Positions 57,667 to 64,000 of a stretch of DNA of 64,000 nt are shown here, piece after piece. The notes under the pieces are model-generated. The model was not told the DNA's origin and did not search any database. It saw nothing but the letters and a program-made list of their open reading frames with translations. A program made the translations under genes and the position numbers. Source of the stretch: an uncultured SAR86 cluster bacterium (GTDB lineage: Bacteria > Pseudomonadota > Gammaproteobacteria > Magnimaribacterales > D2472); assembly GCA_902515775.1 (NCBI GenBank), contig CABXVU010000003.1, forward strand, positions 32,348 through 96,347, written 5' to 3'. Each line of letters starts with the position of its first letter. The first letter of the stretch is position 1.

Positions 57667-58649
57667 TGAAATACTCAGCATATTATGTTGAGGAGATAGA
57701 CGGAGTTTTTTCTGCCTCAATATCTGAACTTGAGCTGGAAAAACCGTCAGATGGATTTGTTCAAATACAGGTTTCTTGTTCTTCACTAAATTATAAAGAT
57801 GCTTTATCAGCATCTGGAAATAAGGGAGTTACCAGAAATTATCCCTTTGTACCTGGAATCGACGCTGCAGGAGAAATTACCGATGGCAATAGTTCTCAAT
57901 TTAATAATGGAGATCAAGTCATAGTAACTGGTTATGACATGGGTATGAACACACCAGGAGGTTTTGGTGAGTTTATAAATGTTCCAGCTAACTGGGTTGT
58001 CAAAAAGCCGCCAGCTTTGACAAGCATAGAAGCTATGTCTATAGGTACTGCAGGGTTAACAGCTGCTGCTAGCGTATTAAAAATACAAGAATCTACACAG
58101 GAATCAGATCTTCCTGTTTTAATATCGGGAGCCACCGGTGGAGTAGGTTCTATTGGTGTAATGTTAATGTCAAAATTAGGTAAAGAGGTTACAGCGTTAA
58201 CTGGTAAGTCATCGTCGACTGATTTTCTAAAATCAATTGGTGCTAAAAATGTAATTTTGCGTGATGATTTTTTAGAGGGCCATGCAAAACCTATGGATAG
58301 AGCTTTATTTTCTTCAGCAATTGATACCGTTGGAGGAAGTATATTAAGTAAAATGCTTAGTCAAATTTCACATCATGGTGTTGTTGCATGTTGTGGTAAT
58401 GTTGCAGGTGTTGAAGTGAATACTACAGTTTTTCCATTTATTTTAAGAGGAATAACACTTGCGGGTATTGACTCAGCAGAATCATCATTGGAATTTAAAA
58501 CTAGCGTTTGGAAGAAATTTGCCAACGAGTGGAAATTAGACCTTTCGCCGATAATAAAAGTTGTAACTAAAGAAAACCTACAACAAGAAATCGATCTAAT
58601 TTTACAAGGCGGTCAACAAGGCAGAGTCGTTTTAAAACATGGAGAATAA
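57666..58649 (+). CDS. acuI: YhdH/AcuI-type MDR oxidoreductase (acrylyl-CoA reductase-like)
   Basis: VSCSSLNYKDALSASGNKGVTRNYPFVPGIDAAGE and GATGGVGS, a pattern typical of YhdH/YhfP. Confidence 0.75.
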   Translation: MKYSAYYVEEIDGVFSASISELELEKPSDGFVQIQVSCSSLNYKDALSASGNKGVTRNYPFVPGIDAAGEITDGNSSQFNNGDQVIVTGYDMGMNTPGGFGEFINVPANWVVKKPPALTSIEAMSIGTAGLTAAASVLKIQESTQESDLPVLISGATGGVGSIGVMLMSKLGKEVTALTGKSSSTDFLKSIGAKNVILRDDFLEGHAKPMDRALFSSAIDTVGGSILSKMLSQISHHGVVACCGNVAGVEVNTTVFPFILRGITLAGIDSAESSLEFKTSVWKKFANEWKLDLSPIIKVVTKENLQQEIDLILQGGQQGRVVLKHGE

Positions 58650-58651
58650 AT

Positions 58652-58783
58652 ATGTCAGATAAATATGATGAATATTTTGAATCACAAGAAGCTAATGATG
58701 ACAGCAAATCAGACTCAAGAGTTGCGATTACTCTTATAGCTGTTTTTGTAGTAGGTATGGTTTTTTGGGTTTCTGGTCAGTAA
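58652..58783 (+). CDS. 43-aa tail-anchored small membrane protein (hypothetical, below ORF-track cutoff)
   Basis: My own translation gives MSDKYDEYFESQEANDDSKSDSRVAITLIAVFVVGMVFWVSGQ. It starts 3 nt after the acuI stop, with GGAGA upstream. Confidence 0.3.
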   Translation: MSDKYDEYFESQEANDDSKSDSRVAITLIAVFVVGMVFWVSGQ

Positions 58784-59740
<957 letters not shown>

Positions 59741-59838
59741 TTAAAGAAATTGTTATCTTTTGTAACTAAATAAGTCATATCTCAATATAATATTAAAAAC
59801 AGGAGAAAATCATCGCTAAAAAACAAGAGCAATCAAAT

Positions 59839-62139
59839 TTGCCAATTGGAACTTTAAAAAATGTATTTGCATTTTTCTGTTTGGGCTCAGTTTTATATAT
59901 TTTAATATCTCTTGTTTCTTATTCTTCTCTAGATCCTAGTCTATCTTCTATTAGCTCTTTGTCAGGTAATATCCAAAATCTTGGCGGACCGTTTGGAGCT
60001 TACCTTTCTGATGCATTATTCTCTGTTGTTGGGTTAGGCGCATATTTGTTTTTAGTAATCATATCTTTCGCTGCCGTAAAATCACTTTTTTTCTATCAAC
60101 TAACAGATAGGTTTCATAAAGTCTTTAAAATTACTTCAGCAATTTTTTTAATCTCTTCATTCGCAACTTTATGTGAATTCTATTATTCAGGTGATTACTT
60201 TCCACAGTCTTCATCTGGGGGTTTGGTTGGAGATTTAATCTTTTCTAATCTATCTAATATTTTTGGCGTTGTTGGCTCTTTAATATTTATAGTAATTTTC
60301 TTTCTTGCTTCACTTTCTATTACTTTTTCATTTTCTTGGCTATCTCTTATAGATGCCATTGGGAAAACCACTAAATATTTTTTCCTAGAATTTACATCTC
60401 AATTTATTCGCTTAGTAAAATTTATATTTAACTCACTGAGATTACTTGATATTTCAAAATTTAAACCTGTTAATAAAATAGCTCCAAAGCCTGCCACTTT
60501 AGAGGTTAAACCAAGAGAATTAAACCTCCCGCTGGCAGCCAAATCTCCTCAGGGAGAGGACAAGTCTGCTGAAATTTCTAGTGCACCAACTAAACCTGAA
60601 GCTCAAAAAAGTGAATCCGTTAGCTCATCTACAGTTTTTAAATCTAAAGATAAAAATTTTAACCAAGAGATGCCTTCAACTGATCTTCTTGATAGAGTTC
60701 TTGACGATGGGTCATCTCTTACCAAAGAACAACTTGACGAGGTTGCAGATAGACTTGAAGTAAAACTCCAAGAATTTGGAATTGAAGCATCTGTTGTTTC
60801 TGTAATCCCAGGACCAGTTGTAACTCGATTTGAAATTCAACCAGCCCCAGGAACAAAAGCAAGCAAAATTACAAATATAGCTCAAGATATTGCTAGGTCT
60901 CTTGCTGTAACAAGCGTTCGGGTTGTTGAGGTAATACCTGGAAAGTCTGTTGTTGGAATTGAGATACCTAATACAAATAGAAAGATGGTTCGTTTAACCG
61001 AAATATTGTCCTCTGATACATTCCATAACTCTCACTCACCTCTTTCGATGGCCCTAGGTCATGACATAGCTGGCAAACCTATAGTTGTTAATTTAGAAAA
61101 AATGCCTCATTTATTAGTTGCAGGCACCACTGGTTCGGGTAAGTCTGTCGGACTTAATGCGATGTTACTAAGTTTATTATTTAAATCTGATCCTGAAAGA
61201 GTTCGTCTAATAATGATAGATCCTAAAATACTTGAACTTTCAGTATATGAGGGGATACCACATCTACTAACGCCAGTTATCACAGACATGAATGATGCAT
61301 CGAATGGATTGAGATGGTGTGTAGCTGAGATGGATAGACGTTATAAGTTAATGTCTGAAATGGGTGTTAGAGGTCTTTCAGCATTTAATCAGAAAGTAGC
61401 TGAAGCCAATGCAGCTGGCAATCCATTACTTGATCCATTTCGGGAAGACGAGGAGATTCTTCTAGAGGAATTGCCTTCTATTGTGGTGGTGGTGGATGAG
61501 TTTGCAGACATGATAATGATTGTAGGTAAGAAAGTTGAACATCTCATTGCACGAATCGCTCAAAAGGCAAGGGCAGCAGGAATTCATCTAATTCTTGCAA
61601 CTCAAAGACCTTCTGTCGATGTTATAACCGGACTTATAAAAGCTAATATTCCTTCAAGAATTGCATTTCAAGTATCTTCTAAAATTGATTCAAGAACCAT
61701 TCTTGATCAAGGAGGTGCTGAGCAACTTCTGGGGGCAGGTGACATGCTATACCTCCCTGCAGGGCAAGGTGTTCCTGAAAGAGTTCATGGCGCATTTGTT
61801 GGTGACGACGAGGTTCATAGAGTTGTTAACAGTTGGAGAGAGAAATCTGAGCCCAACTATTTAGATGAGATTACATCTGACATGCAGGAAACAGGGCCTA
61901 TTCCTGGATGGTCTGATGCAGATTACTCAGACTCATCTGATGAAAATGATGAACTCTATGATGAAGCAGTGAGTTTTGTAATAGAATCCAGAAGAGCATC
62001 AATTTCTGCTGTTCAACGAAAACTAAGAATTGGTTATAACCGAGCAGCTAGGATAATCGAAGCCATGGAAATGGCTGGATTAGTTTCAGAAATGAGCAGC
62101 AATGGCAGTCGAGAAGTTTTGGTTCCTAAGCAGCAATGA
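59839..62139 (+). CDS. ftsK: DNA translocase FtsK
   Basis: N-terminal TM segments, a Pro/Ser/Lys linker, Walker [19 protein letters not shown], and the gamma domain [24 protein letters not shown]. The start codon is uncertain (TTG in the track). Confidence 0.95.
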   Translation: MPIGTLKNVFAFFCLGSVLYILISLVSYSSLDPSLSSISSLSGNIQNLGGPFGAYLSDALFSVVGLGAYLFLVIISFAAVKSLFFYQLTDRFHKVFKITSAIFLISSFATLCEFYYSGDYFPQSSSGGLVGDLIFSNLSNIFGVVGSLIFIVIFFLASLSITFSFSWLSLIDAIGKTTKYFFLEFTSQFIRLVKFIFNSLRLLDISKFKPVNKIAPKPATLEVKPRELNLPLAAKSPQGEDKSAEISSAPTKPEAQKSESVSSSTVFKSKDKNFNQEMPSTDLLDRVLDDGSSLTKEQLDEVADRLEVKLQEFGIEASVVSVIPGPVVTRFEIQPAPGTKASKITNIAQDIARSLAVTSVRVVEVIPGKSVVGIEIPNTNRKMVRLTEILSSDTFHNSHSPLSMALGHDIAGKPIVVNLEKMPHLLVAGTTGSGKSVGLNAMLLSLLFKSDPERVRLIMIDPKILELSVYEGIPHLLTPVITDMNDASNGLRWCVAEMDRRYKLMSEMGVRGLSAFNQKVAEANAAGNPLLDPFREDEEILLEELPSIVVVVDEFADMIMIVGKKVEHLIARIAQKARAAGIHLILATQRPSVDVITGLIKANIPSRIAFQVSSKIDSRTILDQGGAEQLLGAGDMLYLPAGQGVPERVHGAFVGDDEVHRVVNSWREKSEPNYLDEITSDMQETGPIPGWSDADYSDSSDENDELYDEAVSFVIESRRASISAVQRKLRIGYNRAARIIEAMEMAGLVSEMSSNGSREVLVPKQQ

Positions 62140-62648
62140 TTGCTCGCTCACTTTTAATAATATTTGCTATCAATTTTTCAGTTTTAGCTAACGAAGATAA
62201 AATTTCATTATCACTGCTTAACGTTGAACTCAAAAAAAATTACGCCTTTATTGAGAGATCATTAAATCAGTCTGCTATGAAGATAGATAATTCCTCAGGC
62301 AAAATATTTTTTGATGAAACTGGAATCACAATTAATATTCTTACTCCATTTAAAGAAAACTATAGAATCGAAGGCGGCATAATTGAGATTCATGATTTGT
62401 ACTTAGATCAAAAGCAATCAATTAATATTGATCAAGCCAATAATTTTTTTCTTAATCTTTTAATTGAAGGTATTGATGAAAATAATCCAACATACACAGT
62501 AAAAATTGTTAATGATGATGCAATAGAAGTTATGTCTTTTGAGCAGGATAATTTAATCAGTTTTTTATTTTTTAAGAATAAACTTGAACTTATTCGATAC
62601 ACAGACTCCCTTGGGATAGAGCATGGAATAGAGCTGCAACCGTTATGA
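62136..62648 (+). CDS. lolA: LolA-like outer-membrane lipoprotein carrier (short, divergent)
   Basis: Signal peptide, conserved position after ftsK, and a LolA-like central pattern [42 protein letters not shown]. Confidence 0.55.
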   Translation: MIARSLLIIFAINFSVLANEDKISLSLLNVELKKNYAFIERSLNQSAMKIDNSSGKIFFDETGITINILTPFKENYRIEGGIIEIHDLYLDQKQSINIDQANNFFLNLLIEGIDENNPTYTVKIVNDDAIEVMSFEQDNLISFLFFKNKLELIRYTDSLGIEHGIELQPL

Positions 62649-63013
62649 TTTCAAAATTATTTTTTATAGCATTAGGTGGCTCATTAGGCGCTCCGCTGAG
62701 GTATTTAATTAATGATTCAATGAAAGATTTTTATTTTTTTATGCTGCCTAGTGGAATAATGCTTGTAAATTTTATTGGATGTTTTTTTATTGGAATTGCA
62801 ATGGCATATATTTCTGACTTCAAATCAAATGCTTATTATTTTTTAATTGTCGGATTTCTTGGATCTTTTACAACAATGTCAGCCTTCTCACAGCAAACAA
62901 TTGAATTGCTATACAATGGAAAGGAACTGAACGCTTTAATGTACGTTTTAGCCTCAATAATTACATGCTTAGTAGGAACATTTTTAGCTTTTTATTTGTT
63001 TAAAACTTCTTAA
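62645..63013 (+). CDS. crcB: fluoride ion channel CrcB/FluC
   Basis: A 122-aa, 4-TM protein with GGSLGAPLRY and GFLGSFTTMSAF. Confidence 0.9.
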   Translation: MISKLFFIALGGSLGAPLRYLINDSMKDFYFFMLPSGIMLVNFIGCFFIGIAMAYISDFKSNAYYFLIVGFLGSFTTMSAFSQQTIELLYNGKELNALMYVLASIITCLVGTFLAFYLFKTS

Positions 63014-63017
63014 AAAA

Positions 63018-64000
63018 ATGATTGATGCAAACTTAATAAAAAACAATTCTCAGGTTGTTATTGAAAATCTAAAGTCTAGAAATTATGACTTAGATTATGA
63101 ATTATATGAAAGTTTAGAATCTGATCGAAAAAAATATCAAACCGAAACTGAGGATTTACAGGCACTGCGTAAAGTCCTTTCGCAGGATTTTGGATTATTG
63201 AAAAAAGAAGGTAAGAATGATCCAAAGCTAAGCAAAAAAATTGAATCTGTTAACAATGATCTTGAAATATGCTCAAGCAAACTGAATGAAGTTCAGCTAG
63301 CTTTGGAGAATTTTTTGTTGGATTTACCCAACCTTGCAGATGCATCGGCTCCGATAGGGCTAAATGAAGAGAATAATGTAAAAATCAGGGAGCATGGTAA
63401 GCCAAAAATTTTTAAAGGAAAAGATCATCTAGATATAACATCAATGATTGATACAGAATCAGCTAATCTGTTGGCCGGATCTCGTTTTGCAGTCTTGAAA
63501 GGAGAAATAGCTAAATTGCAAAGAGCTTTAATAGCCTTTATGTTGGATAAAGCTTCAGTACACGGCTATGCGGAGCATTATCTACCCTTGGTTGCTAATA
63601 CAGCATCTTTGACTTCAACGGGTCAGCTGCCAAAATTCTCAGACGATTTATTTCAGCTCACCGATGATTATTATTTAATACCAACTGCTGAAGTGCCTCT
63701 TACTAATTTATATAGAAATAAGATTTTAGATATTGATAAATTACCTATAAAGTTAACTGCTCATACAAGTTGTTTTAGGTCTGAGGCTGGAAGTTACGGA
63801 AAAGATACAAAGGGTTTGATAAGACAACATCAATTTGAAAAAGTTGAGTTAGTGCAAATTTGTCACCCAGATCATTCATCCAAGGCATTAGAGGACCTTA
63901 CTTCTCATGCTGAAGCAGTGCTTATTGACCTTGATCTTCCATACCAAGTTGTTGAAATTTGTTCCGGAGATTTAGGGTTCTCTGCTGCTAAAACTTATGA
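63018..64000 (+). CDS. serS: seryl-tRNA synthetase (3' end beyond window; not in ORF track)
   Basis: My own translation from the ATG at 63018 gives MIDANLIKNNSQVVIENLKSRNYDLDYELYESLESDRKKYQTETEDLQALRK (tRNA-binding coiled coil). Later comes the class-II motif 2, TSCFRSEAGSYGKDTKGLIRQHQFEKVE. Confidence 0.9.
   Translation, partial: MIDANLIKNNSQVVIENLKSRNYDLDYELYESLESDRKKYQTETEDLQALRKVLSQDFGLLKKEGKNDPKLSKKIESVNNDLEICSSKLNEVQLALENFLLDLPNLADASAPIGLNEENNVKIREHGKPKIFKGKDHLDITSMIDTESANLLAGSRFAVLKGEIAKLQRALIAFMLDKASVHGYAEHYLPLVANTASLTSTGQLPKFSDDLFQLTDDYYLIPTAEVPLTNLYRNKILDIDKLPIKLTAHTSCFRSEAGSYGKDTKGLIRQHQFEKVELVQICHPDHSSKALEDLTSHAEAVLIDLDLPYQVVEICSGDLGFSAAKTY

Noticed and set aside
62600-62660. Looked for a fluoride riboswitch (crcB motif) upstream of crcB
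   Set aside because: crcB overlaps the lolA-like gene by 4 nt, so there is no leader in which a riboswitch could sit.

Overview
This is a densely coding, visibly AT-rich chromosomal segment (GC not computed). It is most consistent with a streamlined marine gammaproteobacterium. Supporting signals are the gamma-type synteny trxB / ftsK-lolA-crcB-serS, a Na+-pumping oadGAB operon, a TonB-dependent receptor, and many SDR and acyl-CoA enzymes. I recognise about 60 protein genes. I see no rRNA, tRNA, CRISPR array, transposase, integrase, phage gene or known defence-system gene, so the window looks like core or metabolic chromosome rather than a mobile island. Blocks, in order: (1) 1-5245, an oxygenase cluster with a KshA-like Rieske protein, an ADC-family protein, an SDR, a P450 and a membrane di-iron desaturase-like protein. 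(2) 5.6-9.0 kb, a TonB receptor and glutaryl-CoA dehydrogenase. (3) 9.1-12.2 kb, a MacAB-like tripartite ABC exporter. (4) 12.2-14.7 kb, glycosyltransferases. (5) 15.2-24.3 kb, a tightly coupled six-gene minus-strand operon running from a lipoprotein subtilase autotransporter to GGT. (6) 26.1-35.2 kb, a phosphate island with phoBR, ppx, ppk2 and a Pho-box-preceded pit-porin-phytase operon. (7) 35.2-43.3 kb, two SDRs diverging from an operon of a ligase, two DUF35 proteins, two thiolase-fold proteins and two crotonases. (8) 43.3-48.2 kb, assorted housekeeping and accessory metabolic genes. (9) oadGAB. (10) 52.7-56.8 kb, an outer-membrane protein followed by two glnK-amt modules behind a consensus sigma-54 promoter. 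(11) trxB, ftsK, lolA, crcB and partial serS. The best candidate for something not yet described is the translationally coupled DUF35 + thiolase-fold operon, where by-eye alignment shows both thiolase-like subunits lacking the canonical Cys and His catalytic residues. Other notable items are a KshA-like oxygenase with both Rieske His ligands substituted, a diverged duplication of a gene junction downstream of the P450, and several small ORFs below the 60-aa cutoff of the ORF track. All functional calls come from motif recognition by eye; no database search was run.
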